Assembly: GCA_963716395.1 (NCBI GenBank)
Contig: OY970309.1
Location: forward strand, 1,088,001-1,152,000
Origin: an uncultured Fibrobacteria bacterium
GTDB lineage: Bacteria > Fibrobacterota > Fibrobacteria > UBA11236
Direction of reading: 5' to 3'
DNA: 64,000 nucleotides
Shown here: piece after piece, positions 20,818-31,903 of the stretch
Layout: every line of letters starts with the position of its first letter
Position numbering within the stretch: position 1 is the stretch's first letter
Notes under the pieces: generated by a model
Databases searched by the model: none
What the model was told of the DNA's origin: nothing
The model's input: only the letters and a program-made list of their open reading frames with translations
Translations under genes and position numbers: made by a program

Positions 20818-21603
20818 TTACGGCTTGCGTGGTCCGGCTTGGGGCAATGTCGGATCGTCTGCAAAGAGGAGAGGCGTGGGTGGAGAAACTCCGGCACCAC
20901 TGCCTGAGGCGGAAAGCATCCACCAAACGCCTCCGCCGGCAAGTACCATGCCGGCGCCGACCCCTCCCCATAACCAGGGAGACTTCCACATCGGATGACC
21001 CGTAGCACCCGAAGCGGCTGTAACGGTCGAAGCGGAATCCGCTGCGAACTCTCCATTTTGGGCTTCTACATCTTCGCCGTCATACCCCAAAGTCAGCGCC
21101 GCGCCGGTGGCCGCCTGCATGCGTAAACACCCTTTGACGAAAACGTGTTCCAGGGTAACGCTTTTCGAATGCGTCACGATAACCGTGTCGGCATTGAACA
21201 AGCGGACGTTGCGAAAGCGCAACGATCCGGTTTCGCCAATGCGGATACCGCCCCAGCGGACCGGGCCTGGACGCAGGCCCAACGCATATTCCTCCAGGGA
21301 TCCGGAAAAATAAACGGGATTGGTTTCGGATCCTTCCGCGATCAGAACGCCCTGCACCAGCACGACATTCTTCCCATCGAAGATCTTGTCGAAATGCAGT
21401 TTGACGCCGGGATGGATGAAACAAGTGTCGCCGGAGTGAATTTCCATGGTGTCGCAGGGCAGTAAATACGGCTGGGAAATCGAACTTCCGGGAAGGCCGA
21501 TTTCCCCGCGCAGAAAATGACTCTGGCTGTTTCCGTCTTCGCAGGTCAAAGCATACAAAGAAGCGGCGCCGAACAAGCACATGAAAATCGAAACTTTTTT
21601 CAC
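20818..21603 (-). CDS. Exported beta-helix-like protein with C-terminal membrane anchor
   Basis: Signal peptide; G.L.AEG...NPV.F...WGGI pattern; C-terminal WKSPWLWGGVGAGMVLAGGGVWW; GTGA overlap with upstream gene. Confidence 0.65.
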   Translation of the reverse strand: MKKVSIFMCLFGAASLYALTCEDGNSQSHFLRGEIGLPGSSISQPYLLPCDTMEIHSGDTCFIHPGVKLHFDKIFDGKNVVLVQGVLIAEGSETNPVYFSGSLEEYALGLRPGPVRWGGIRIGETGSLRFRNVRLFNADTVIVTHSKSVTLEHVFVKGCLRMQAATGAALTLGYDGEDVEAQNGEFAADSASTVTAASGATGHPMWKSPWLWGGVGAGMVLAGGGVWWMLSASGSGAGVSPPTPLLFADDPTLPQAGPRKP

Positions 21604-24600
21604 AAACCATTCCCTTGGACTCCGTCCATAAACCGGAGCGTCGCGGTTCGGATACCGACGCTTCCGCGATATCGGATTTGCAGGAAATAAAGGCCGAAGC
21701 GGCGCGGCGCTTCCAAAGACAGCATGTCCTCGCCGGAAAGCAAGGGTCCGAAACGTTTTTCCGCCAGAACCCGTCCGGAAACATCCAGCATGCGCAAATC
21801 CACGTCGCTCACCATACCGAAAGCCGCGGGCACTTCAAAATCAATCTGCATTTCCGATCCCAAACGGCGCGCCCCTCGCAGGATTCCCGTTTCTCCCGTC
21901 GCTTCTTGTTGCAATTCGGATTCGGTGGCGGCGAACCCTGCGGAGTCGATTTGCACCAACTGAAAAGCATTCCATCCCGCCGCAACCATAACGCCCGAGT
22001 CACCCAGGGGCAACAAGCGGTTTTGCGCCGGCGACCACACGGCCCAATTCGTGATGCTACCGTGGGCTTGCACGGCCACCTTACCGGCTGTGGGCGCTTC
22101 TAGAAAAAAATTCCGGCGCGGTTTCACGGCGGCGCTGAGGGAACCGTTCAGCGAATCCCATACCGCGAAAAACCCGGGGTGGAAAAAAGTCGGCACCGGC
22201 GCGGGTCGGCTGAAATTCCGCAGGCGCAAAATAGCGGTTTGCCCAGTGGATGCGAAGCTCCATTGCACGTCGATTCCGCCTGGCGCCGCGGGCTTGCCCA
22301 AAGGCAACGAAACAAACGGATCAAAAGCGAGCTGCGTAGGCCGGAACGCTTTAACCATGTATCCCTGAAAAGGTTTGAGCGTATCGGCGAGGGACCAAGA
22401 CGGCTTGGCCGAATCCCCATCGCCCGTCCAACTAAGCGCGTAGAAATAGGAAACCGACGACGAATCGAGGCCGATGCGCGCGTCGGCAATGGGAAAAGGC
22501 AAAGGGTCGGCCACGCAATGCCAGCCCGAGTCCAAATTCATCCCGACCGGAAGAGCGGAAAGCCCATCGGTGTCGAGCTTGGGATTCCAGGCGGCAGGCA
22601 ATCCCGCGAGATAACCGCCGGCCGCGGCCAAAGTTGCGGTTTCCGGCAAATTAGACCAGGCCGTTCCATTCCAGCTTTTAAGCACCACGCTGTCGCCGGT
22701 CGACTTGCCCTGCAACACCTCAGACGCCGGCATGTTTTGTGGATAGCCGATCAAGTTCTTGATGAAGGGGCGCAATGCGGGCGCGGCCGCGTTCGCCGCG
22801 GCCGTAAAAGCGGCGGGGTTCAACGGGGCCGGCGTCCAAGTCGCATCCCACGCCACCGTACCTGCAAAGTTACGATACCCCATGCGATACGCCCCCAAAA
22901 CCCCGGTGGGTATGGAAACCGACAAACTCGAATCGAAACCGGCCGAATCGGTGAGGGTCATCACCGTACCGCCCGCATCCACGAATTCCACTTGCGTCAA
23001 CACCGACAAAGTGCGCGCGCTTTCGGAAGAATCGAGCGCGGGGGTGAGGATGAGCTGTCCGCTGGAAACCTGCGCCACGGCGGGTTTCGCGGGATGAATC
23101 GGCACGGTATCAAGCGGTGAAAGGCGCTCGGCCACAACCAGGGCCGTTACGGCGGGCACAAGCGCCAGGCGATAGCGGTTTCCAATTTGCGCCACCGAGT
23201 CCAAAACCCAGGATCCGCCGGCGTTACGGGTATACGCGACCAAGCGCGCAGGGTGCACGGGTGCGAGACCGGCGACGAATACGGTATAAGCCTGGGTCGG
23301 CGTCAAATGCGTCAAAACCACGCCGCGCACCGCCAGAAAGCGCAAAGTATCTTGGACGAGACCCGTAACCTGATAGGTACTATCGAGGGCGAAATCGCCG
23401 GGCGTCGACGACAGCAGACCCGTCACCGAATCGGGACCCAGCGCGAATGAATTCGTTTGTCCCGCGGCCAGGGAAAACTTGCGCGCCAAAAAGAAAACCA
23501 TGCCGCTGTCGGCAAGCGCCAATGCCGATGCAACCGACGCCGTGTCTTCGTTCATGACGGCCGCAGCGGCCGTCTGTGTTCCGTTTTTCACAAACAGCGA
23601 TTGGCCCGCATTGGTTTTGCGGAACACCGCGACCAAGGTGTCGCCCGCGGCGCGGCCGGGCCACTTGAATGAAAACGGTTTGGAGAAATACCCCTGGCTC
23701 GGGAAAGCCGTAGTGTCGAGCTGCGAGGCGGAACTGTCGATGGAGAGTTGATGGCCTGCAGCCGTGGCGGAATACAAATGATTGCCCGCAAAAGCCACGG
23801 TATCGCGCCCGCTACCCACGGCCAGCCGCTCGACCAGTGCCGCCGAGAACGACGAAGCGAAAGGCGATTTCCACCACCAAAAGCCGGACGAGTCAAAGGC
23901 GGGGACGAAACTCGCGTTGCCAATCCTAAAAAAAAGCGAGTCGGGCCAAATCGGCGCGCCGGCTCCGGCTTTGGTCAGGCCAAGCTTTAGAGTACCAGAC
24001 CCTTCGGCATTGGTGGCGAAAGCCGCGCCATAGGGTTCGCCGTTACGGGCGATGGGGCGCAGGCGTTTTTGCGGCGGCAGTGAATCCCTCGCGCGGGCCA
24101 GGGTTCGCCCCGCGCGCGTGACCGAATCAAAGCGCACCGTGGTGTCGGTTCCGAGTCCGGTGACCGAAACGTTACTGCCGCGAAACGTGTTCTGCCCCGC
24201 AAAGGCGGGAATGAAGGTGTTGGCCAAAGTGGCGTTTACGAAAATCGAACCACTTTCGACGCCTTCGCTTTGGGCCACGAAGGCGGAGCCCGCCTGCGCG
24301 AACAGCAGCGGCCTGCCTTCACTGCGGGCCGGGAGCGAAATCGAATTCACCCGCGCCGACCCGTTCAAAACCAAGGTCGTGTCTTTCTCAAACCACGATC
24401 GCACCGAATCGGGAAGCGCCGTGGCATAAACCGCCGCGCCTAGCGACGCGGTCAGAACGCGGGGGAAGACGGAGGCCGCCACAGTGAACACCGCATTCCC
24501 CGTGGGTAGCGCAAAAGTTACTGTACTGTCCGGCGGAAAAAGATTGAAGACGGGCAATGGGTTCGGGCCATTCCAGGCGCCATGCGAATTATCGCCTGGG

Positions 24601-25801
24601 ATTTGCCAATCCCAGGCGACGGTCGAGTCTTTCGACGGGGAAACAACAGTATTACTGGAGTCGGAGAACATGGATTGCCCTAAAGAACTTGTGAAGCCAT
24701 TCCAACTGGAATACCGCACATTGTTGCTGACGGAATCCGGTGTTATAAATCTGGTTACTAGGATAATGTTTTTCTGTGACCCATCTTGGGTAATGTTATT
24801 CTGCGCGGGTGGATTTGCAAAATAATTGTTTTGAATATTGCAGGTCGCGCTTAAATTACCGTCTAATAAAAACTGCGTTTTATTCACCGTATTGTATTTC
24901 ATGTCAAGGCGGTTGGTTGCCGATGCACTCAACACCCCGGAGAAGTTAAAAAGATTGTTAGAAAGCGTGATGGTACTATCGGCGGGCAGCGACAGCGCCC
25001 CGGTCGCTGAAAACATCGAATTCGCAATGCTGATGCTGCCAGCCCCCGTCAGCGACAGCGCCCCGGTCGCTGAAAACATCGAATTCGCAATGCTGATGCT
25101 GCCGCCCCCGTCAGCGACAGCGACCCGGTCGCTGAAAACATCGAATTCGCAATGCTGATGCTGCTAGCCCCCGTCAGCGACAGCGACCCGGTCGCTGAAA
25201 ACATCGAATTCGCAATGCTGATGCTGCTCGCGCCCGTCAGCGACAGCGAACCCGTCGCTGAAAACATCGAATTCGCAATGCTGATGCTGCTCGCGCCCGT
25301 CAGCGACAGCGAACCCGTCGCTGAAAACATCGAATTCGCAATGCTGATGCTGCTCGCGCCGTCGCCTCCCCAGGCGAAAACCTTGCGGCTGTTCTGCCCA
25401 TCGCCCAATACCGTGCAACTGTCGAATGTGAGGTTGTGGTTGTTAATCTTACTGGTGTCGAACAAGATTCCGGAACCGTTCAGCTTAATCGCAAGATTTC
25501 GAAAAATCACGATGCCAGCTTGATTATCCAAATGCGCCAGAACACCACTCACCTGCACCGCCGAATCGGCTTGCGAAGCCCGCTCGAAATACAACGTGTC
25601 GCTGCCATTGCCGCTTAAGGTAAGACTGCCCGGGTTTTGGTAGCCCAATCCTGCGAAACGAATGTGGGTTGTGCCCGTGTTCGGCACGGTGATATTGTCG
25701 AGGCGCGTTGTGCCGTCGATGGTGAACACGGCGGCAGGCGACAAAAACGGTGCGAACGCAATCAGCGCCGAAGTCAAAGCGAAAATTGGGTGCCGGTTCA
25801 C
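21600..25801 (-). CDS. Large (~1400 aa) secreted surface protein with 21-aa repeats and T9SS-like C-terminal domain; 1-bp frameshift at ~25103
   Basis: ORFs 25049..25801 (signal peptide) and 21600..25079 join across one 62-bp unit among 63-bp units; tail LRMLDVSGRVL..GLYFLQI. Confidence 0.75.
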
Positions 25802-26044
25802 AACTCAAAAGGTAGCAACAAGCTTTTTACCCGATTCAATTCGCACAGCCGGTTCAAGCGGCCACAAGGGGCCGGACGCCGCCTTTCTGAAAAACCGAGG
25901 ACATTGTCTGAGTTCGGAAATCCGCCTTCGCCGAAGGGGTCGGGTCGCTCCGGGCGAGTTCCGCAGGCCGGCAAGAAAGGCGACGATCTCCGTGGTCAAT
26001 TTGCGCTCGCGAAAAAATGGTGAAGATCATTTCAACTTCAATGT
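24106..26044. repeat. Segmental direct repeat, copy 1 (partner 27609-29359)
   Basis: Near-identical sequence with offsets of 3315 and 3503 bp; the 188-bp difference equals three 63-bp units minus 1 bp. Confidence 0.92.
24987..25360. repeat. Coding tandem repeat, 6 x 63 bp (SISIANSMFSATGxLSLTGAx)
   Basis: GCTGAAAACATCGAATTCGCAATGCTGATGCTG at 25006, 25069, 25131, 25194, 25257 and 25320. Confidence 0.95.
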
Positions 26045-26626
26045 ATCCGTCTTTTCTGCATAGTCATCTCCGCTCAGATATTTCAAAATCAAGGCATCCT
26101 TTGTGAAGCTCGCCTCTTCAACCGCAAATCGTACGGCGGCAATTTTTTTTGAAAAACGCGGAGTGAACGAACGTGAAGGACTGGAGCAAGGGAAAATGCA
26201 TTCAACGTGAACCGTGTCGGCTGTCAAATATGCGATTGACATTGTTTCCGTATCTTCTGCAAGGATGTCCGGAAAAAATTCCGATTTCTTGGAATCGGAC
26301 AATCGATAAAAAAAGGTCATGTCGCATGGACTGCCGCAACTCCCGGTAATTTTCATGACGTCCGAGGTGAAATGATTAATGGCGGTGTTTTCTGGCATCT
26401 CTTCGATGAATTTAGGGCGCCGACCCGCTTGTGCGACGAATACGGAACACCCTTGAGCCGTACACCGAAGATTCATAGGACTTTTTGAAATGGAATATTC
26501 GGAATAAGCTCCGCTTTTAGGTGCGACATTCGGATCACCATTTTTGTAACTGAATCCGACAATTGTAATCGCAGCAAGTGCCGCGAATACAACGTCAACT
26601 TTTATATCGATAAAATTTAAAATCAT
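26027..26626 (-). CDS. Putative exported immunity protein of the adjacent cell-wall hydrolase
   Basis: Overlaps the hydrolase stop; N-terminal hydrophobic segment; paired Cys (CTAQGC, CGSPC, CIFPC); AT-rich. Confidence 0.55.
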   Translation of the reverse strand: MILNFIDIKVDVVFAALAAITIVGFSYKNGDPNVAPKSGAYSEYSISKSPMNLRCTAQGCSVFVAQAGRRPKFIEEMPENTAINHFTSDVMKITGSCGSPCDMTFFYRLSDSKKSEFFPDILAEDTETMSIAYLTADTVHVECIFPCSSPSRSFTPRFSKKIAAVRFAVEEASFTKDALILKYLSGDDYAEKTDTLKLK

Positions 26627-27182
26627 CTGTTTGAAGTAAATTCGGAATTTCGACTTCTTCTACTTTTTGATTCACAAAATCAGGCTCTTTCCGATATTTT
26701 TTCGGATCCATCAAATGCCATTTCGCTTGTGCTTTGGGGCTATAATAAAGCTGGCACCCTTGAGTTAAATCCGGATCATTTTTGTCGTAAACAAGTTTTA
26801 TAACGGGTATGAATTTTTCAATGCTCCTGTCTTTTTCGATTGACTCATTTTTCAAATAATCGAAGCATTTAACATAGGGCGCATTGCGTTGATCATGCGC
26901 GTCAAACCCACCGCCGTTGATCAAATCCAGAACATTTTTATACCGCGTCCACTCCCTTTTCCCCACCCGGTTCATGATTACATGCGCAATCGCGCGCCAA
27001 GCAACGGGGCTTTGCGCGGCCGCTTCGCCGTAAATCGTTGACGCGAACACGATGAACTCTTCGGAATAATCTGTTTTCTTTGCGCTTTCATCAATCAACC
27101 GAATCGAATATTTCCGTCCCGTGCGGAGATAGAGGCCCTTTTGAAGTTCCGCAGCGGTTGCCTCGATTATTTCGTCGTCCAT
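26595..27182 (-). CDS. Cell wall hydrolase (Hydrolase_2/SleB-like lytic transglycosylase), putative toxin
   Basis: ASTIYGEA...AIAHVIMNRV, DLTQG..LYYSP and FKFY motifs; no signal peptide; RBS AAGGA. Confidence 0.78.
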   Translation of the reverse strand: MDDEIIEATAAELQKGLYLRTGRKYSIRLIDESAKKTDYSEEFIVFASTIYGEAAAQSPVAWRAIAHVIMNRVGKREWTRYKNVLDLINGGGFDAHDQRNAPYVKCFDYLKNESIEKDRSIEKFIPVIKLVYDKNDPDLTQGCQLYYSPKAQAKWHLMDPKKYRKEPDFVNQKVEEVEIPNLLQTDDFKFYRYKS

Positions 27183-27199
27183 ACGATCATCCTTTTAAA

Positions 27200-29116
27200 T
27201 CAACGTTGCACAGACGGCAGCATTTTCCCGTCGGCCCGGTACGCGCCCTTGGGACCGACGATGGAGTAAGGCGGAAACTCGCGCAATTTAATCGCCGCCA
27301 TGCGCCTGGGCAAAACCGCCTGGGATCCCGACGGTACCGCAAACACAATATTGGCATTTTGAGAGAACGGCAAGACAACGCTCAGGTTGTTCAGCGCCGC
27401 TTTGACGGGAAGCATTTTCGATGCGTTCCAATAGGCGACAATACTGTCTTTGGCCAAGGCTGCCGTGTCAACCCCGACGTAGAAGATGCAGCGCACCGAA
27501 TCCTGGCCTTCGACATCGGTCGCGATATCATACGCTATCGGTTGGCCGCTCAAAAGCAGGGGAACATATCCGGTCGGCAGTTGCGTATTCGGTGAATGGA
27601 ACACGGTGCGCCCCGCGCGCGTGACCGAATCAAAGCGCACCGTGGTATCGGTTCCGAGTCCGGTAACCTGAACGTTACTGCCCCGGAAAGTATTCTGGCC
27701 TGCGAAAGCGGGAATGAACCCGGTCGCCGAAGAACCGTTTACGAAAACCGAACCGCCTTCGACACCGACGCTTTGGGCCACGAAGGTCGAACCCACCTGC
27801 GCGAACAGCAGAGGCTTGCCTTCATTGCGGGCCGGAAGCGAAATCGAATTCACCCGCGCCGACCCGTTCAAAACCAAGGTCGTGTCTTTTTCAAACCAAG
27901 GCCGCACCGAATCGGAAAGCGCCGTGGCATAAGCCGCCGCGCCCAGCGACGCGGTCAGAACGCGGGGAAAGACGGAGGCCGCCACCGTGAACACCGCATT
28001 CCCCGTGGGTAGCGCAAAAGTTACTGTACTGTCCGGCGGAAAAAGATTGAAGACGGGCAATGGGTTCGGGCCATTCCAGGCGCCATGCGAATTGTCGCCT
28101 GGGATTTGCCAATCCCAGGCGACGGTCGAGTCTTTCGACGGGGAAACAACAGTATTACTGGAGTCGGAGAACATGGATTGCCCTAAAGAACTTGTGAAGC
28201 CATTCCAACTGGAATACCGCACATTGTTGCTGACGGAATCCGGTGTTATAAATCTGGTTACTAGGATAATGTTTTTCTGTGACCCATCTTGGGTAATGTT
28301 ATTCTGCGCGGGTGGATTTGCAAAATAATTGTTTTGAATATTGCAGGTCGCGCTTAAATTACCGTCTAATAAAAACTGCGTTTTATTCACCGTATTGTAT
28401 TTCATGTCAAGGCGGTTGGTTGCCGATGCACTCAACACCCCGGAGAAGTTAAAAAGATTGTTAGAAAGCGTGATGGTACTATCGGCGGGCAGCGACAGCG
28501 CCCCGGTCGCTGAAAACATCGAATTCGCAATGCTGATGCTGCCAGCCCCCGTCAGCGACAGCGCCCCGGTCGCTGAAAACATCGAATTCGCAATGCTGAT
28601 GCTGCCAGCCCCCGTCAGCGACAGCGCCCCGGTCGCTGAAAACATCGAATTCGCAATGCTGATGCTGCTCGCGCCATCGCCGCCCCAGGCGAAAACCTTG
28701 CCCGTGTTTGCGTGTCGCCGAGAACCGTGCAACTGTCGAACAGGAGGTTGTGGTTAAAACTCAAGGGTTGAATCAAACATCGCGCCGCCGGTATTCAGCT
28801 TGAACGCCAAGCCACGAAAGACGACCGTCCCTTTCTGACCTTGCAGATGGAGCAGAACCCCACTCACCGCCACTGCCGAATCGGTTTGCGAAGCCCGCTC
28901 GAAGATGAGGCTGTCGCTGCCGTTGCCGCTTACGGTAAGACTGCCCGGGTTTTGGTAGCCCAATCCTGCGAAACGAATGTGGGTTGTGCCCGTGTTCGGC
29001 ACGGTGATATTGTCGAGGCGCGTTGTGCCGTCGATGGTGAACACGGCGGCAGGCGACAAAAACGGTGCGAACGCAATCAGCGCCGAAGTCAAAGCGAAAA
29101 TTGGGTGCCGGTTCAC
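27200..29116 (-). CDS. Short paralog (~640 aa) of the 21600-25801 surface protein; compensating indels near 28700-28760
   Basis: Identical N-terminus MNRHPIFALTS; shifted frame reads FNHNLLFDSCTVLGD like the paralog; unique C-terminus ending YRADGK. Confidence 0.7.
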
Positions 29117-29359
29117 AACTCAAAAGGTAGCAACAAGCTTTTTACCCGATTCAATTCGCACAGCCGGTTCAAGCGGCCACAAGGGGCCGGACGCCGCCTT
29201 TCTGAAAAACCGAGGACATTGTCTGAGTTCGGAAATCCGCCTTCGCCGAAGGGGTCGGGTCGCTCCGGGCGAGTTCCGCAGGCCGGCAAGAAAGGCGACG
29301 ATCTCCGTGGTCAATTTGCGCTCGCGAAAAAATGGTGAAGATCATTTCAACTTCAATGT
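27609..29359. repeat. Segmental direct repeat, copy 2
   Basis: Matches 24106-26044, with diverged patches at ~27609-27985 and ~28675-28935. Confidence 0.92.
28490..28675. repeat. Coding tandem repeat, 3 x 63 bp
   Basis: Same unit at 28509, 28572 and 28635. Confidence 0.95.
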
Positions 29360-29570
29360 GTCGTCTTTTCCAAGTAACCCCGTTCCGTGAAATAACGCAC
29401 AATTAAATAACTCTGTTCAAATTTTGGTCTTTGAATGGATGTGGAGAAGCAAGCGATCCTAATTCAAATGTATTCGATTGACGGGTATGCAAAAAAATTC
29501 ATTTAACTGAAACGGAATCTTGTCCGTATAAACAAGTGACGATTAAACTTTCGGAATCAGTAGTAATGAT
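29342..29570 (-). pseudogene. Degraded 3' remnant of a paralog of the 26027-26626 immunity gene
   Basis: IITTDSESLIVTCLYGQDSVSVK*IF aligns with ILAEDTETMSIAYLTADTVHVECIF; ends ..EKT/DTLKLK*. Confidence 0.65.
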
Positions 29571-29667
29571 ATTTCGAAGCCCCCTCGGTAGATTTCAATA
29601 TATCGAGTATGACCGGAAAATCCGCATCTTCGCGTGTTTGCATCAAGGTGATGATGGCCTGGGCCAA
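29571..29667 (-). pseudogene. Cassette 8: truncated constant segment (LAQAIITL..STEGASK), no tip
   Basis: Constant block breaks off after GASK and is joined to the unrelated immunity remnant. Confidence 0.8.
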
Positions 29668-29669
29668 AC

Positions 29670-30440
29670 CTATTGCAGCAACTTTTCCACGGTTTTGGCG
29701 TCGGCCTGTGCGTTGTGGACTCGCAGGCCATTCTTGAAGATTTCTTGCTCCACCCTATAACGCTTTAACGTGCTATCCGGCTCAGCGCTGAAAGTCCACA
29801 ATTCACCGGTTCCATTTATCACTTTTCCAGTTGCTTTTCCGGTCGGGGAAAATGATTCGGAAAAAATTAGGCGCTGGTTCCCTTTACTCGGATCTTCTTC
29901 GCGGGTCGCCTGTTCTTTCAGACGCAAATTACCGTTGGGAAAATACTCTTCGTCCGAAATAATTAACCCTTTATGGCATTGCGCCACCAATTTCTTATTG
30001 CCATTGGGCCACCATTCCTGCCATAAGCCCTCTTCTTGGCCGGAGTCGTTGTAGTTTTTGATTAAAGATGGGTGGCCGGGGGAATAGTAATTTTCATCCT
30101 TGCCGATTTGGATTCCGTTTCGATGTTCCCTGCGTCCAACAATATTACCAAGGGAATCCCAGAACAATGAAACCCCATTTTCTTTTCCATTGATATAAAA
30201 ACTGCTGTCTTTCTTTCTCCAAAGACTATCATAGTCAACTTGGAAACCATTCTGAGTCCCATTTTTATACTCAAGGGCGGAAATTATATTTTCCGATTTA
30301 TAATCGCAGTCTTACTCGAAGCTCCACCGTACCATATTTTCGTTTTTGAATTTCTTTTTCTCCACAAGTATAAGAGGGGTGCGCCAAAGGCTTCCGAATC
30401 AGAAATAGACAGCCAAACCTGAGATTTTAATTTTCGATTT
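29670..30440 (-). CDS. MORN-variant/YwqK-like partner 7 (B-type C-terminus; 5' part frameshifted, start uncertain)
   Basis: YTCGEK..YGTVELRV..; constant block YSPGHPSLIKNYNDSGQEEGLWQEWWPNG; ends VEKLLQ. Confidence 0.75.
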
Positions 30441-30780
30441 TATTCTCTTGAAGGATAATGTGGAATTGATCGAGAAACGGGTAGTTTGCCTTTTGCTGAT
30501 TATGATTTTCATCGAAAAACCCCTTCCCTAATCCAAAGTCATCGATCCTCTGTTTCCCCGCCTTCAGCGCATCCGCTTTTTGTTTTACAGCCACCGGATC
30601 TTCATCACCCGATCCGGGTGGCGGCAAAGGCAATTGCGACACAAAGCGCAACACCCATTTGAGAATGTGATTGCCGTTCGGTGATTTCGAAGCCCCCTCG
30701 GTAGATTTCAATATATCGAGTATGACCGGAAAATCCGCATCTTCGCGTGTTTGCATCAAGGTGATGATGGCCTGGGCCAA
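30427..30780 (-). other. Cassette 7: effector C-terminal module, tip GKQRIDDFGLGKGFFDENHNQQKANYPFLDQFHIILQENKIEN
   Basis: Constant 75 aa near-identical to the effector sub-terminus, followed by a variable tip. Confidence 0.85.
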
Positions 30781-30782
30781 AC

Positions 30783-31564
30783 CTATTGCAGCAACTTTTC
30801 CACGGTTTGTGAGTCGGCCTCCTGATTGCTCACTTCGAAGCCGTCTTTATAAATTTCGTGCAAGACGCGATAGTTTATGCGTGACGCTGTCCGGCTTGGC
30901 ATCGAATAGCCACGTATTCTCCTGTTCCATTCACCACCCTGCCGGTAGATTTTCCGGCGGGTGAAAAAGTTTCATAGAAAACCACCTTCGCGTCTCCCTT
31001 TGATGGGCTTCGCGCTGATACGCTGTTTTTTCCTTTAATCGCAAAATTCCGTTTGGAAAGTATTCTTCATCCTCAATCACTTCACCCTTTATGACATTGC
31101 GCCACCAATTTCTTATTGCCATTGGGCCACCATTCCTGCCATAAGCCCTCTTCTTGGCCGGAGTCGTTGTAGTTTTTGATTAAAGATGGGTGGCCGGGGG
31201 AATAGTAATTTTCATCCTTGCCGATTTGGATTCCGTTTCGAAACTTCCGCTTTCCCACTACTTCGCCTAGCGTATCCCAAAAAATCAAGGTTCCATTTTT
31301 TCTACCGTTAACAAAAAAACAACTGTCGTGTTTGCGCCATAAACTATCATAATGAATGGCAATACCATTTTGAATGCCTCCTTTATATTCCAAAACCGAA
31401 ATAATGTTATCCGCTAAATAGTCACAACGAACCCGAAGCTCCACTTGGCCGTATGGCCTGCTTAAGGTCTCTTTCTGTCCGCAGGTATAGGGAGTTTGCT
31501 TTGCAGAAGTAAGGGCAATGGGGATAAGCATTGCCGCCCAGATTAATCGACTATTTAATCCCAT
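30783..31564 (-). CDS. MORN-variant/YwqK-like partner 6 (A-type C-terminus; frameshifted)
   Basis: Signal peptide MGLNSRLIWAAML; YTCG..VELRVRC; overlaps tip 6. Confidence 0.78.
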
Positions 31565-31901
31565 TCTCTTTGAGTAGAGTGTGTAATTGATCCAAAAAAC
31601 CGTCATTTGCATCCGGCTCTTTATTGTTCTCATCGAAATACCCCTTCCCCAATCCGAACCTTTTAATCCGCTCTATCCCCGCCTTCAGCGCATCCGCTTT
31701 TTGTTTTACAGACACCGGATCTTCATCACCCGATCCGGGTGGCGGCAAAGGCAATTGCGACACAAAGCGCAACACCCATTTGAGAATGTGATTGCCGTTC
31801 GGTGATTTCGAAGCCCCCTCGGTAGATTTCAATATATCGAGTATGACCGGAAAATCCGCATCTTCGCGTGTTTGCATCAAGGTGATGATGGCCTGAGCCA
31901 A
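31551..31901 (-). other. Cassette 6: effector C-terminal module, tip GIERIKRFGLGKGYFDENNKEPDANDGFLDQLHTLLKENGIK
   Basis: Constant segment plus variable tip. Confidence 0.85.
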
Positions 31902-31903
31902 AT

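Noticed and set aside
24987-25360. 63-bp repeats as CRISPR or REP elements
   Set aside because: No unique spacers; the units form an in-frame 21-aa coding repeat.
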